Source: an uncultured Planctomycetota bacterium (GTDB lineage Bacteria > Planctomycetota > Planctomycetia > Gemmatales > Gemmataceae). Taken from it: a DNA stretch of 64,000 bases. Shown one piece after another: positions 11,007-21,805 of the stretch. Positions within the stretch are counted from its first letter, which is position 1. Every line of letters begins with the position of its first letter. The translations under genes were made by a program, and so were the position numbers. The notes under the pieces were generated by a model. The model had not been told where the DNA came from, searched no databases, and saw only the letters and a program-made list of their open reading frames with translations. The stretch is from the NCBI GenBank assembly GCA_963849325.1, contig CAWKHF010000002.1, positions 608,001 through 672,000 on the forward strand. The letters run 5' to 3'.

Positions 11007-11893
11007 CGTGGCCGATTTCCTCGAGCGCTGCATTCCGGCCGCGTGCTGCTGATGGACGGCGCGATGGGCACCCAGTTGCAGCGCAGGGGGTTGCCGTCCG
11101 GCGCAGTGCGGCGAAGCGTGGAACACGAGGCGCCCGGCAACGGTACGAGCTGTCCATGACAGCTATGTTGCCGCCGGCGCCGAACGTCCTCCTGACGAAC
11201 ACCTTTCAATCGCATTCCCTTCGCCTCGCCCACTTCGGGCTGGGAGAACGCCTGGAGGAGATCAACGGAGGGGCCGTGCGCCTGGCGCGCCAGGCGGCCG
11301 AACGTTCGCGCTTTGTCCTCGGCGATATCGGCCCCATCATCCATCCGAACGAGAAGGAGGAATTCACGGATGCCAAGCTGCTGGGGCGAGTGCTCGCCTC
11401 TCTGGATGGAGTCGATGGCTTTCTGTTCGAGACGTGCTCCAGTCCGCGCGCTCTCTCGGCGGTGCAATACGCCTTCCATCGCGTCGCCGAGGTCGAGACG
11501 CCGCTGCTGTTGTCGCTGACCTATCTCCGCTCGCCGACGGGCCAACTCGTCACACGCAGCGGCCATGCGCCCGAAACATATGCTCGGCACGCGGAACGTC
11601 ATGGCGTCGCCGCCCTGGGCGTCAACTGCGGCCGCGACATCGACATGGACGACATCCTCGACATCATCCGCCGCTATCGCCGCGTCACGGACTTGCCGCT
11701 GTTCGCCCGGCCCAATGCGGGAACGCCCACCAAACAAGGCGAGCGCTGGATCTATCCGCACACGCCGCAGGCGATGGCGACGCGACTGCCGGAATTGCTG
11801 GACGCCGGTGTGAGCATGGTCGGCGGTTGTTGCGGCACCACGCCCGAACACATTGCGGCGTTCCGCGTCGTTCTTGCGGAGCGTGCTGGTTAG
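11003..11893 (+). CDS. Homocysteine S-methyltransferase family protein (5' part frameshifted)
   Basis: LMDGAMGTQL in an alternative frame; LTNTF, GDIGP, LGVNCG, RPNAG, VGGCCGTTPEHI. Confidence 0.85.
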   Translation: MTWPISSSAAFRPRAADGRRDGHPVAAQGVAVRRSAAKRGTRGARQRYELSMTAMLPPAPNVLLTNTFQSHSLRLAHFGLGERLEEINGGAVRLARQAAERSRFVLGDIGPIIHPNEKEEFTDAKLLGRVLASLDGVDGFLFETCSSPRALSAVQYAFHRVAEVETPLLLSLTYLRSPTGQLVTRSGHAPETYARHAERHGVAALGVNCGRDIDMDDILDIIRRYRRVTDLPLFARPNAGTPTKQGERWIYPHTPQAMATRLPELLDAGVSMVGGCCGTTPEHIAAFRVVLAERAG

Positions 11894-11912
11894 GACTTAT
11901 TCACAAATAACT

Positions 11913-11981
11913 TCGTTTAGCCGCGACGCGCAGCGGAGCGCGATGCAGACCCGCGCTCCGCTGCGCGTCGCGGCTAAACGA
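11913..11981. repeat. REP-like palindrome, family A copy 1
   Basis: tcgtttagccgcgacgcgcagcggagcgcg / cgcgctccgctgcgcgtcgcggctaaacga; the same arms occur at 15101 and 62872. Confidence 0.92.
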
Positions 11982-12007
11982 GGATTTTGACCGAGCAAGT
12001 TTGTTCC

Positions 12008-12037
12008 CCAAGCCGCTGGCGACCGCCAGCGGCTTGG
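12008..12037. terminator. GC-rich hairpin just past the stop of the 12049-14571 gene
   Basis: ccaagccgctggc-gacc-gccagcggcttgg; no clear U-tract. Confidence 0.45.
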
Positions 12038-12048
12038 AGGACCAATTC

Positions 12049-14571
12049 TTACAGATGCAGGGCCGTCAGCACCGCCGGCAGAACGAAGGGGTTGAACGCG
12101 CTGACGATGTCGATGAGGAACGACTGTCCGCTGCTGCCCGCGAGATAGGCCAGCAGTTGCCCGTTGGAAAACGCCGCCAACGGCAGCGTCACCGCGGTGT
12201 TGATGAACAGCGGGTTGCCGCCGCCCATGATGGCCACCGCGTACACCGCTCCCGTGGTGTCCACCTCGAACAGGTCGATGCCGGTCGGACCGAAGCCGAA
12301 GGCGAAGACGGTCAAGGCGCCTGTCGGTGTCGTCGGCGTGGGTGTCGGCGTCGGTGTCGGCGTCGGCGTGACGACGGTCGCGTTGCCGCTGGCCGTCACC
12401 GTGGTCGGATTGGTGTCCGGGCTTTTCACCGTGGCGGTGACGGTCTGCTGTCCCAGGGCGGAGCCGGTGACGGTGACGGTGAAGGTCGCGTTCTGGCCGG
12501 CCGCCAGGGCGCCGAGGGTCGCCGTCAGCATGGTCGTGGTGGTCCCGCCGGACGTCAGCGACACGCTGACGGTCGAATTGTCGGCGGGCAGGGCGTTGCC
12601 GCTGACGTTGGTGACCGTGATGAGGAAGTTGTCGGTGCCGCCCAGGGGCAGCGTCGGCGTCGCCGGTGTCACCGTGACGTTGAGGGTCACGTTCTCGAAC
12701 TCGAAGGCGCCGATGCTCGGCGTCGTCAGACGCGGGAAGCCACGCTCGTCGGTAGTGACCTTGGCGTTGGCCAATCCCTTGCCGATGGCCGGACTGCCGG
12801 GCAGAAGGGCCTCGGTCTGCAGGGTCAAAGAGTGGCCGGTGGAGCCGATGAGCGGCCCGCCGTTGTTGGTCAGGCCCGTCACCAGCGGATTGAGCGGGTT
12901 GGCGACCGTGCCCAGCAGAGTGCTGGTAGTGAAGACGCCGGCGTCGCCGCTGCCGGCGCCGCTGACGCCGATCAGATTGCCGCCCAGATCGACGCCGGCG
13001 AGCTTGGCGCCGGTGAAATCGACATCGGGTCCGGCGGTACTGGCGATGTTGCGAGCGAGAATGGTGTTCTGGATGGTCAGGCCGGTGGTGCCGGCGAAGA
13101 ACAGGCCGCCGCCGTTGGTGGCGAAGTTGTTGGTGATGGTGTCGCTGATCAGGGCCACGGTGCCGGTTGCGGCGTCGTCGATGCCGCCGCCGTTATTGCC
13201 GCCGGCGTTGTTGAGGGCGGTGTTGCCGGCGATGGTGGAGTTGGTGATGGTGGAGGCCGCGGTGGTCTGCAACTCGATGCCGCCGCCGTTGATGGTGGCG
13301 GTATTGTCGGCGATGGTGCTGTTGGTCAGCGTCAGGGCGCCGCCGTTGATGAACAGGCCGCCGCCGCTGCCCTCGACGGTGTTGGGCTTGCCACCGCCGG
13401 TGGTGCCGATGGGCATGGCGCCGTTGACGCCGGCGGCGTTGCCCTGGATCTGGCTGTTGTTGATGGTCGTGTTCGGGCCGCCCTCCTGGATGCCGCCGCC
13501 GTTAGTGCCGGCGGAGTTGCCGAGGAAGAAACTGTTCGTGACGGTCAGGGCCCCGGTGTTGCCCTGGTCGGCGAAGCCGCCGCCGAAGCCGGTCGTCGAG
13601 TTGCCCTGCAGGGTGCTGTTGCTGATGGTGACGGCGCCGTTGCCGGCGTTGCCGATGCCGCCACCGAGCATGCCCGCCGCGTTGTTGGCGATATAGGCAT
13701 TGGTCACGGTGAGGGTGGCCGACCCGCCGGCGACGCCGTCCAGCCAGACGCCGGCGCCCTGGTTGAGGCAGGTATTGTCGATGATCACGGTGCCGGCGTT
13801 GATGAAGACCTTGCCCGTTCCGTCCGTCTCGACACCGCCGCCGGCGTCGCCGGCGTGGTTGCCGCTGACCGTGGTGTTGTTGAGGGTCAGCGCCCACTTC
13901 GTGCTGGCCACGTTCTCCATCGACACACCGCCGCCGTCGGCGCTGGCCGAGTTGTTGCTGAGGATGTCATTGGTGAGGGTCAGGTCCACCGGCCCCTGGT
14001 CGCGGATGCCGCCGCCGCTGCCCGGCGCCGCGTCGCCCGGCTGCGCCAGGCCGTTGATGATACTCACGCCGCTGATGGTCACGGCGCCCAGGACGACGTT
14101 GTTCGCCGGGATGGCGTCGCCGGCGTTGATGTCGAAGACGCGCGACAGGTTGTTGCCGTCAATGACGGCGCTGCCGCCGCTGGTGTTCTCGATGGTCAGG
14201 CTCAGGCCCGTCGTCGCGGGGTTGACGTTGTTGAAAATCGAGAACTCGCCGGCCTGGTTATCAGTCTCGCCCGGCGTTCCCGCTAGGGCGATCTGGTAGT
14301 TGCCGGCGACGGTCAGATTGATGGTGTTCGTCAGATTGCCGTTGGCGACGTTCTGGTTGACCATCTGGATGGCCTCGCGCAGAGTGATCTGCCCGGGGGC
14401 CAACTGATTGAGCGGCACGTCCGCGAGACTGTTGACGTCAATGACCGCCGGCACGATCCGGTCTTCCAGCGCCTCCAGCTGAGGCCGCGCATGGGACCGA
14501 TTGCGGTTGACGCTGTTGCGCCGCGACTGACGATCCTGGCGAAGGAACCACCGACCCAGAGAGCGCATCAT
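12049..14571 (-). CDS. Large secreted beta-helix protein (planctomycete LEDR export motif; choice-of-anchor Q-like)
   Basis: RPQLEALEDRIVP; GGG(I/V) and NSTIxxN repeats; LLPGSPAIG..TDERGFPR..SIGAFE; Pro-Thr linker; GGAG RBS upstream. Confidence 0.85.
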   Translation of the reverse strand: MMRSLGRWFLRQDRQSRRNSVNRNRSHARPQLEALEDRIVPAVIDVNSLADVPLNQLAPGQITLREAIQMVNQNVANGNLTNTINLTVAGNYQIALAGTPGETDNQAGEFSIFNNVNPATTGLSLTIENTSGGSAVIDGNNLSRVFDINAGDAIPANNVVLGAVTISGVSIINGLAQPGDAAPGSGGGIRDQGPVDLTLTNDILSNNSASADGGGVSMENVASTKWALTLNNTTVSGNHAGDAGGGVETDGTGKVFINAGTVIIDNTCLNQGAGVWLDGVAGGSATLTVTNAYIANNAAGMLGGGIGNAGNGAVTISNSTLQGNSTTGFGGGFADQGNTGALTVTNSFFLGNSAGTNGGGIQEGGPNTTINNSQIQGNAAGVNGAMPIGTTGGGKPNTVEGSGGGLFINGGALTLTNSTIADNTATINGGGIELQTTAASTITNSTIAGNTALNNAGGNNGGGIDDAATGTVALISDTITNNFATNGGGLFFAGTTGLTIQNTILARNIASTAGPDVDFTGAKLAGVDLGGNLIGVSGAGSGDAGVFTTSTLLGTVANPLNPLVTGLTNNGGPLIGSTGHSLTLQTEALLPGSPAIGKGLANAKVTTDERGFPRLTTPSIGAFEFENVTLNVTVTPATPTLPLGGTDNFLITVTNVSGNALPADNSTVSVSLTSGGTTTTMLTATLGALAAGQNATFTVTVTGSALGQQTVTATVKSPDTNPTTVTASGNATVVTPTPTPTPTPTPTTPTGALTVFAFGFGPTGIDLFEVDTTGAVYAVAIMGGGNPLFINTAVTLPLAAFSNGQLLAYLAGSSGQSFLIDIVSAFNPFVLPAVLTALHL

Positions 14572-14829
14572 GGAGAACTCCTGCAAGGGATAGAATGGAC
14601 AACCGCGCGTAGGCCTCTTCTGACGGAGGCACGCGCAGCTGCGGGTACTCGTCGCTCCTCATCCCATTCCATCCGTGCAACCATGACGGTGGAACTTTCC
14701 TTTGGGATGTTTGCGTAAGATAGGCGATATTTGCTGCTTGGGGATTCTAGGAAGTGGTTGAGACAATTGACAGATGGGCTGGCGCTTTTTCCGATCGTTT
14801 CATTCGACTGGGAGAAGAGAAGGCTTCGA

Positions 14830-15054
14830 CTAAGCGCGGCCACTCTCCCGTCCGGTCGGGCGGATCTCCACTCCTCCCGGCGGCGGCTGGGAGACCGCTC
14901 GGACGTTGGGGATGTCCCACAGATACTCGGTCTGTCCCGTTTCCGGGCACTGATACTCGTAGCGCTGCTCGGTGATCAGTTCGCCTTCGGTTAGGAAGAA
15001 GTCGTGGAACTTGCCGCACACTTTGCAAGCCCGGTGCATCAATAAGCAGGCCAT
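14830..15054 (-). CDS. Small hypothetical protein, possible zinc ribbon
   Basis: 74 aa with CKVCGKFH and YQCPETG; GGGGAG RBS-like sequence upstream. Confidence 0.55.
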   Translation of the reverse strand: MACLLMHRACKVCGKFHDFFLTEGELITEQRYEYQCPETGQTEYLWDIPNVRAVSQPPPGGVEIRPTGRESGRA

Positions 15055-15100
15055 GTAACTCCCCCTGGGTGCGTGGCGCAGGTTCCCAATACGAGCATTT

Positions 15101-15169
15101 CTTCGTTTAGCCGCGACGCGCAGCGGAGCGCGGCAGACGCGCTCCGCTGCGCGTCGCGGCTAAACGAAG
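15101..15169. repeat. REP-like palindrome, family A copy 2 (supplies the stop codon of the 15160-16389 gene)
   Basis: cttcgtttagccgcgacgcgcagcggagcgcg / cgcgctccgctgcgcgtcgcggctaaacgaag. Confidence 0.92.
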
Positions 15170-16389
15170 TCGTCGTTATCTGGTTCCGGATGGTCATCCT
15201 CTTCGGGAAGGATGGCAGCGGCAATGTCCTCGAAGTCCTCGCCGGAGTTCATCGGCAGGGCCAGCAGCAGGGCCGAGAAGCGCTCGGACGTGAAAGGAGA
15301 CCCCATCGCCTCCGGGAGCGATTCGACCTTATGGGGCCGGGCGTCCATGGACTCGGTGGGAGCGCCGCGAAGATCCTGGAAGTGGCCGTCAGAGTCCGGT
15401 GCCTCGACATGGAAGGAGCCATCCTCCCAGGTTGCCCTTTCGAGAAGCCGCAACGGGCGGGCCAGCAGCAACTTGTCGATGGCCGCCTCATTCCCAATGA
15501 GGGACGGATGGGCAGCCGCCGGCGCATCGACTGTGAAGGATGTTTCCTCGGCCGCGGCTTCGCCGTCCGCACGACGCACGGTCTGCACAACGAGCTGCGG
15601 TAGCTCGACCGTTGGACGATCGGCTCGGTCGCCCTGGAGAGCGGCATCCGCATCCGGGTCTGCCTGGTCGTTGTCCTTGGCGGGGGCCATGAGGGCACGG
15701 CGAACCGACGGCATCGCCGACTGTCTGACCGTATCCGCGCCGTCCTCCATCGCTTCCTCATCCATCCCGAGTTCGTACAGCGGTGCCGGTTGTTCGTCCA
15801 AGTCGGGAGTAGCATTCTCCGCCTGTGTGGCACTCTGGCGTCCCCACGGTGCCGGCGCCTGGAAGCCATGGTCGCCAACAGTGGGAAAGGCCGATTGCTG
15901 GTTCGCCAGTCCGAGATTGTAGGCGTTGGGCACCCACGGCTGTCCCGGTTGAGTGCCCGAGCCGAAACCGAGGGCCGTCTGGGTAAACTGCGGCAAATTT
16001 TGGTTGCCCAGCCCGAAGGTGTTCACGGCGGAAGATTCAAACAGCCGGTTGGCCGGATTGCCAAAGCTCAGGGTATTGATGGCCGAGGCACCGAGCAGGA
16101 GACCGAACTGGCCCTCCTGTCCGAAGGGCACAATGCCGGCGGTGCCGAAGGGGTTGACCGCAGCGCTCTGACCCGAGGGCGACACCACCGTCTGCCCGGT
16201 GCTCCCCAGGTTAAAGGTGACGTTCGGATTGTTCACGGGTCCGAGGGGGGTGATCGAGGAGGACACCGAGGGGACCATTCGATCTTCGAGAGATTCCAGA
16301 AACAGTCGCGGCCGCGCCGGTCGGCGGCGAGGCTCCGCGGTTTGGCCGAAAGCGGACCTCAACAGACGGAAGAAGGACGCAGAAGCCAT
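15160..16389 (-). CDS. Hypothetical secreted protein with planctomycete LEDR motif
   Basis: RPRLFLESLEDRMVPS near the N-terminus; low-complexity acidic C-terminus. Confidence 0.7.
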   Translation of the reverse strand: MASASFFRLLRSAFGQTAEPRRRPARPRLFLESLEDRMVPSVSSSITPLGPVNNPNVTFNLGSTGQTVVSPSGQSAAVNPFGTAGIVPFGQEGQFGLLLGASAINTLSFGNPANRLFESSAVNTFGLGNQNLPQFTQTALGFGSGTQPGQPWVPNAYNLGLANQQSAFPTVGDHGFQAPAPWGRQSATQAENATPDLDEQPAPLYELGMDEEAMEDGADTVRQSAMPSVRRALMAPAKDNDQADPDADAALQGDRADRPTVELPQLVVQTVRRADGEAAAEETSFTVDAPAAAHPSLIGNEAAIDKLLLARPLRLLERATWEDGSFHVEAPDSDGHFQDLRGAPTESMDARPHKVESLPEAMGSPFTSERFSALLLALPMNSGEDFEDIAAAILPEEDDHPEPDNDDFV

Positions 16390-16595
16390 AATGAGAATCC
16401 TCCCGCAGAGGGCTTTCTTTCCGGGGCCGTTGTCAAGAGTTGGCCACGCGATCGGCCCCAATGAGAGAGATGCAAGGTCCGTGCCAAGGGCAACGCTTAG
16501 TCGGGTACGGGGAAGCCGGTCGTCTCCTCGCTGCGGTGGTTGACGCAGGGCCGACAAGTCCCTCATGACGAATGACTTTTTCTTCCTTTTTCTCC

Positions 16596-16706
16596 TTGAC
16601 AAGTGTGTGAAGTGCGTTAAAACAAATTAAGCTTTCCTTCATAACTCGTGGAAAGCGGATCGTGACTGTTTTCGTTCCTTTTTTCTTTCGCCCGGAGGTC
16701 CGAGTC
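16596..16706 (+). promoter_or_regulatory. Sigma70-like promoter and leader hairpin upstream of DUF1559 gene 1
   Basis: TTGACA(16596)-16 nt-TAAAAC, T-tract upstream, hairpin gctttcc/ggaaagc (16631-16656), GGAGGT RBS; conserved at 17995-18105. Confidence 0.7.
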
Positions 16707-17576
16707 ATGGCAAGGTTTATTCTCCGTAAGCGTTGGCGTGGCTTCACGCTGATCGAACTACTGGTGGTCATCGCCATCATCGCCATCCTAATCGGCCTGC
16801 TGCTGCCGGCCGTGCAGAAGGTTCGCATCGCCGCCGCTCGTTCGCAGACCATCAACAACCTCAAGCAGATCGGTCTCGGCTGCCAAAACTTCCACGATAC
16901 CTACACCAAGTTGCCACTCAACGGCGGTCCCACCGGGAATGGATCCTGGCAGACCTGGTGCTGGGCCTTCCAGATCCTGCCCTACATCGAGCAGCAGAAT
17001 ATGTACACCCAGGCGCAGGCGGGGAACTACGTGAACTCCGGAATCAAGACCTACCTCGACCCTGGCCGCAACCACACCCCCACCGCTACCGCTGGAGGCA
17101 ACGGGCCGGGCATAAATGGTCCGCACACCGACTATGCCATCAACATCGTCAGTTTCTCGAACAACACGACGTTTACCGGGGGAGGGCAAACCGCGTCGGT
17201 GTCCATCACCATGTCGTCGATCACCTCGGCCAATGGCACCAGTAACACCGTTCTGGTCGGCGAGAAGGCCATGGACCCGAACAACTACGGCAACACGCAA
17301 AGCGCCAACTGGGACGAGGACATCTACTCGGGTGGCTACGGCGGTACCGGCCGAGGCGCGAACAACACCGGGAATCCCAACCAGCAGGGCAGCTTGATTA
17401 TGAAGGACAACCCCGGCGATAATTTCCCCAACGACTTCGGCTCGCCCTACGACGGCGGCTGCCCGTTTGTCATGTGTGATGGCAGCGTCCGCCTCATCAA
17501 CTACACCAACTCCGGCACCCTCCCCTTCGTGTATGCTCTGAACTACATAAACAACGTGCCGTTCGTCCTGCAGTAA
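16707..17576 (+). CDS. DUF1559 prepilin-type N-terminal cleavage/methylation domain protein
   Basis: [53 protein letters not shown]. Confidence 0.95.
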   Translation: MARFILRKRWRGFTLIELLVVIAIIAILIGLLLPAVQKVRIAAARSQTINNLKQIGLGCQNFHDTYTKLPLNGGPTGNGSWQTWCWAFQILPYIEQQNMYTQAQAGNYVNSGIKTYLDPGRNHTPTATAGGNGPGINGPHTDYAINIVSFSNNTTFTGGGQTASVSITMSSITSANGTSNTVLVGEKAMDPNNYGNTQSANWDEDIYSGGYGGTGRGANNTGNPNQQGSLIMKDNPGDNFPNDFGSPYDGGCPFVMCDGSVRLINYTNSGTLPFVYALNYINNVPFVLQ

Positions 17577-17994
17577 GGATGTCCTTCGTTCCGCGGCGTA
17601 GCCGAACGCCATCGGGACCGTCGGAGAGTTGGACAACGAGCGGAGGACGGTGTTGGCCGTCCTCCGCTCGTTTCTTCTCCTCGTGCAAGTTCCAGGGACC
17701 ATCTTTCCGAGCCAGAAGCGTACCAGTCGTTTCAAGCTGCCCCAGTATCCAATCCCTCGGCATCGAGAAGGCTACCGCGGAAGCGGCCGTTGGCGTGGCA
17801 CGTTTTGAAGTGGTCACCCCCGCCGACATCTCCATCCGCCCCTTCGACAGCGCCACGCCAAATCACCTCATGCTGGAGATCAGGGACAGCCGCCTCGGCG
17901 GGATCGACCAGGATCCGGTCGTTCGGCCTTTTTTCGCTGCGAGAGTTGACTCGGGACGGACGAGCCTCGTACAAAAAATCCTCATTTTTTCCCC

Positions 17995-18105
17995 TTGACA
18001 AAGATGAGAAGCATGTTAAAACAAAATGAGTTTTCCTTCAGACTCGGGGAAAGCTAATAGACGACGTTTTTCGTTCCATTTCCCTTTCGCCCGGAGGTGC
18101 GGGTT
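17995..18105 (+). promoter_or_regulatory. Sigma70-like promoter and leader hairpin upstream of DUF1559 gene 2
   Basis: TTGACA(17995)-16 nt-TAAAAC; hairpin agttttcc/ggaaagct (18029-18055); tttcgcccggaggt RBS block shared with copy 1. Confidence 0.7.
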
Positions 18106-18963
18106 ATGCGGAGGTACACTCTTCGTAAGCGTTGGCGTGGCTTCACGCTGATCGAACTGCTGGTCGTGATCGCCATTATCGCCATCCTGATCGGCCTGCT
18201 GCTGCCGGCCATCCAGAAGGTTCGCATCGCCGCCGCTCGTTCGCAGACCTTCAACAACCTCAAGCAGATCGCCCTCGGCTGCCAGAACTACCACGACACG
18301 TATGGCACCCTCCCCAACAATGGGGACAACAGCGCGGCTCCCCAGAGTTGGTGCTGGGCGTTCCAGATCCTGCCCTACATCGAGCAGCAGAACCTCTACA
18401 ACCTGATGATGGTCAACCCCAACAACGGGGGCACCCCTCCCCGCGGAATCGGCCTCAAGACCTACCTGGACCCCGGTCGCACCCACACGCCGTTCACCAC
18501 CGGCGGCGGCAACGGCAACGGTACCAATAACCAAAACGGACCCCACACCGACTACGCGATCAACTGGTTTAACTCGGCGAGTAATAGCCGCAACTTCAAG
18601 GTGACGCTGTCGGTAATCACCTCCGCCAACGGCACAAGCAATACCATCCTGGTCGGCGAGAAATCCATGGATCCTCGTAACTATAGCAACACCCAAAGTA
18701 ACAACTGGGATGAGGTCATCTACTCGGGTGGCTATGGCGGCACCGGCCGGGGCAGCTACAGCGCAGGCTCCCAGGGTACCCTAATCCTCAAAGACGCCAT
18801 CGGCGATAATTTCAGTAACGACTGGGGCTCGCCCTACGACGGCGGCTGCCCGTTCGTCATGTACGATGGCAGCGTCCGCCTCATTAACTACGTCAACTCG
18901 GGCAAAGCCGCCTTCGTCGCTGCTCAGAACTACCTGAATAACGCGCCGCTCACCCTCCAGTGA
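18106..18963 (+). CDS. DUF1559 prepilin-type protein (tandem paralog)
   Basis: Same motifs as 16707-17576, with extensive nucleotide identity at the 5' end. Confidence 0.95.
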   Translation: MRRYTLRKRWRGFTLIELLVVIAIIAILIGLLLPAIQKVRIAAARSQTFNNLKQIALGCQNYHDTYGTLPNNGDNSAAPQSWCWAFQILPYIEQQNLYNLMMVNPNNGGTPPRGIGLKTYLDPGRTHTPFTTGGGNGNGTNNQNGPHTDYAINWFNSASNSRNFKVTLSVITSANGTSNTILVGEKSMDPRNYSNTQSNNWDEVIYSGGYGGTGRGSYSAGSQGTLILKDAIGDNFSNDWGSPYDGGCPFVMYDGSVRLINYVNSGKAAFVAAQNYLNNAPLTLQ

Positions 18964-18971
18964 GGATCGTA

Positions 18972-19029
18972 ACGAGCCGCGAGCGCCAGCGAGCGGGGTT
19001 GCCTCCGCTCGCTGGCGCTCGCGGCTCGT
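18972..19029. repeat. REP-like palindrome after DUF1559 gene 2
   Basis: acgagccgcgagcgccagcgagcgg / ccgctcgctggcgctcgcggctcgt. Confidence 0.85.
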
Positions 19030-19097
19030 ATTCTGCGCAAACTTTCACATTTCATTTGACGTTCCTCCGCGCGATCCAGTAAGGTAAACGTACTGCT

Positions 19098-21648
19098 ATG
19101 CCTCGCCCCCTGCCCTGCCTGCGTCTCAGGCTCCTACCTTTGGTTGTTCCGGAGGCTCCTCCGTGTCTTCTCAACAGGCCTCGCTTCCGCAGGCAGTCGC
19201 TCGCCGTCGTTCTGTTGGCGTCGGTCGCACTGCCCGGCCGTGCCGGCGCCGACTTCCAGGTGGCACCGCCGGCCGTCGCCCTGGACGGCAACTTCGCCCG
19301 CGCTCAACTCGTCGTAACCGAACGCGGGGCCGACGCCGCGGTACACGAACGCTCGTCGGACCTGACGCATCAGGCCCGCTACGTCTCTTCCGATCCGCGC
19401 ATCGTCACCGTCAGTGACGCCGGTGTGCTCCTGGCCCGTGCCGACGGTTCGGCGACCGTGTCCGTCCGCGTCGGGGACGTCGGCCATCCCGTTGCGGTCA
19501 CCGTCAAGGGAGTCGTCGCTCGTCCCGTCCTCGGTTTCCAGGAACACGTCATGCCGGTACTGGCCAAGGCCGGCTGCAACGCCGGAGCGTGTCACGCCAG
19601 CCAGTACGGCAAGGGCGGTTTCAAACTGTCGGTGTTCGGCTTCGCTCCCGAAGACGACTACCGGGCCATCGTCCGCGACAGCATGGGCCGTCGCGCCAGC
19701 ATCCTCGCGCCGGCGTCCAGCCTCCTGCTGCGCAAGCCGACCGGGGCCGTCCCGCACGAGGGAGGCCAGCGGCTGGAAACGGGTTCGGTCGAGTACCGCA
19801 TCGTGGAGCAGTGGCTCGCCCGCGGCGCTCCGCCACCGTCGGCCAAGGCGCCGAAGGTCGCCGCCCTTCGCGTCTGGACCGTCGCGCCGCGTCGGCCCGG
19901 TCGGCTTCACGCAGCAACTGCAAGTCCTGGCGACCTACGACAACGGGTACACGCGCGACGTGACCGCCCTGGCTCGCTTCGACAGCATGGATGAGGGCGT
20001 CCTGAGCGTTTCGCCGTCGGGCCTGGTCCGCACCGTCGGCCGAGGACAGGGCGTCGCGCTGGCCCGCTTCGAGGAGCAGGCGGAAATCGCTACCTTCGTC
20101 GTCCCTTATTCCGAGTCCATTGAGCTGTCCGGCTGGACCGACCGCAACTTCATCGATCGACTCGCCGTCCGCCAAGTTCCGCGAGATCGGCATTTCGCCC
20201 TCGCCGCTGTGCGACGATGCCGCCTTCCTGCGCCGCGCCTACCTCGACGTCACCGGTACGCCTACCGACGCCGGAACAGGCGACGGCCTTCCTCGACAGC
20301 AAGCATCCCGACAAGCGCAACCAGCTCATCGACGCTCTGCTGGGGCTGACGGGCGATCCGGCCCGCGACGTACACAACAACGCTTACGCCGCCTTCTGGG
20401 CCTTGAAATGGGCCGACCTGATTCGCTCCAACAGCGCCTCGATCGGCGAACAGGGCATGTGGGCGCTGCACAACTGGCTGACGGCCTCGTTCCGCGACAA
20501 CAAGCCGTTCGACCGTTTTGTCCGCGAGCTGATCACCGCGCGCGGCTCGACGTTCAGCAACGGCCCGGCCAATTACTACCGCATCGCCAACAACCCGCAG
20601 AACCTCACCGAGGCGACGGCGCAGCTCTTCCTCGGCGTCCGTCTCCAGTGCGCCAAGTGCCACCATCATCCTTACGAAACGCTTGGCCAGGAGGATTACT
20701 ACCGTTTCGCGGCCTTCTTCGCTCGGGTCGGCAACAAGACCAGTCAGGAATTCGGCATCTTCGGACGGGAGACGGTGGTGGTGGTGCGCTCCGGCGGCGA
20801 GGTCGGCCATCCGCGCACCGGCCGGGCGATGCGGCCGGCGCCGCTGCACGGCAAACCCGCCGCCGAGACGCGCGACCGCCGCCAGGCGCTGGCCGACTGG
20901 ATCGACCGCCCCGGACAATCCGTATTTCGCCCGCAACATCGTCAATCGCTACGTCGCCTACCTCCTCGGCCGCGGCCTGGTCGAGCCGATCGACGACATG
21001 CGCGCCACCAATCCGCCCAGCAACGTCGCCCTCATGGACGCCCTCGCCGCCGACTTCATCCAGAGCGGCTACAACGTCAAGCAGCTGATGCGGACGATCC
21101 TGCGCTCGCGCCTGTATCAGCTCGACTCGCAGCCGACGAAGTTCAACGCCTCGGACAGTCGCTTTTTCAGTCATTACAACGTCAAGCGTCTGGCGGCGGA
21201 GCCGCTGCTGGACGCGGTGGACGTGGCGACGGGCGTGCGGACCAAGTTCGACAAGGTGCCGCTGGGCACGCGCGCCATCGAACTGCCCGACGCACGCTAC
21301 AACAATTACTTCCTCAACACGTTCGGCAAGCCGCGCCGCGAAGGCGTCTGCGAATGCGAGCGCGTCTCCGAGCCGAACCTGGCCCAGGCGCTGCACACGC
21401 TCAACGGCGACTTGGTGACGGCCAAGATCACCGACGCCAAGGGCCGCGTCGCGCGGCTGCTGGCCGCGAAAAAGCCGCACGATGACATCGTTAACGAACT
21501 GTACCTCGCCACCCTCAGCCGCCGACCCAGCGCCCACGAACAAGCCGTCTGGCGCGAGCAGCGGGACAAGTCGGCCAACGCCAAGGCGTTCTACGAAGAT
21601 TTGCTGTGGTCGCTGCTCAACTCCAAACACTTCCTCTTCGTCCGCTAG
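19098..21648 (+). CDS. DUF1549/DUF1553 domain protein with Ig-like domains (several frameshifts)
   Basis: GCNAGACH, GKGGFKLSVFG, FLRRAYLD, FLGVRLQCAKCHHHP, NPYFARNIVNR, GRGLVEPIDD, CECER, EDLLWSLLNS. Confidence 0.9.
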
Positions 21649-21662
21649 GGACAAAGAGAACT

Positions 21663-21805
21663 AACCACAGAGTCACAGAGAACACAGAGAAAAGACAACA
21701 CCGAGGGATAACCATGTTTCCTGAATTAGCGCAACAAGCAGTGCGTCATTCGGCTCTTTTCTCCTGTGTGTCATTTGTCTCTGTGTTCTCTGTGGCTCTG
21801 TGGTT
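21663..21805. repeat. Long-loop inverted repeat with 9-bp periodic arms (CACAGAG type)
   Basis: aaccacagagtcacagagaacacagaga ... tctctgtgttctctgtggctctgtggtt. Confidence 0.85.

Noticed and set aside
9575-11893. ApgM-homocysteine methyltransferase fusion
   Set aside because: The ApgM C-terminus is in another frame ending at 11006; the joining segment is off-frame.
12001-14299. Long plus-strand ORFs (761, 510 and 199 aa)
   Set aside because: Antisense shadows of the high-GC minus-strand gene 12049-14571.
17579-17998. ORF between the DUF1559 genes
   Set aside because: No convincing start or motif; possibly a gene remnant.
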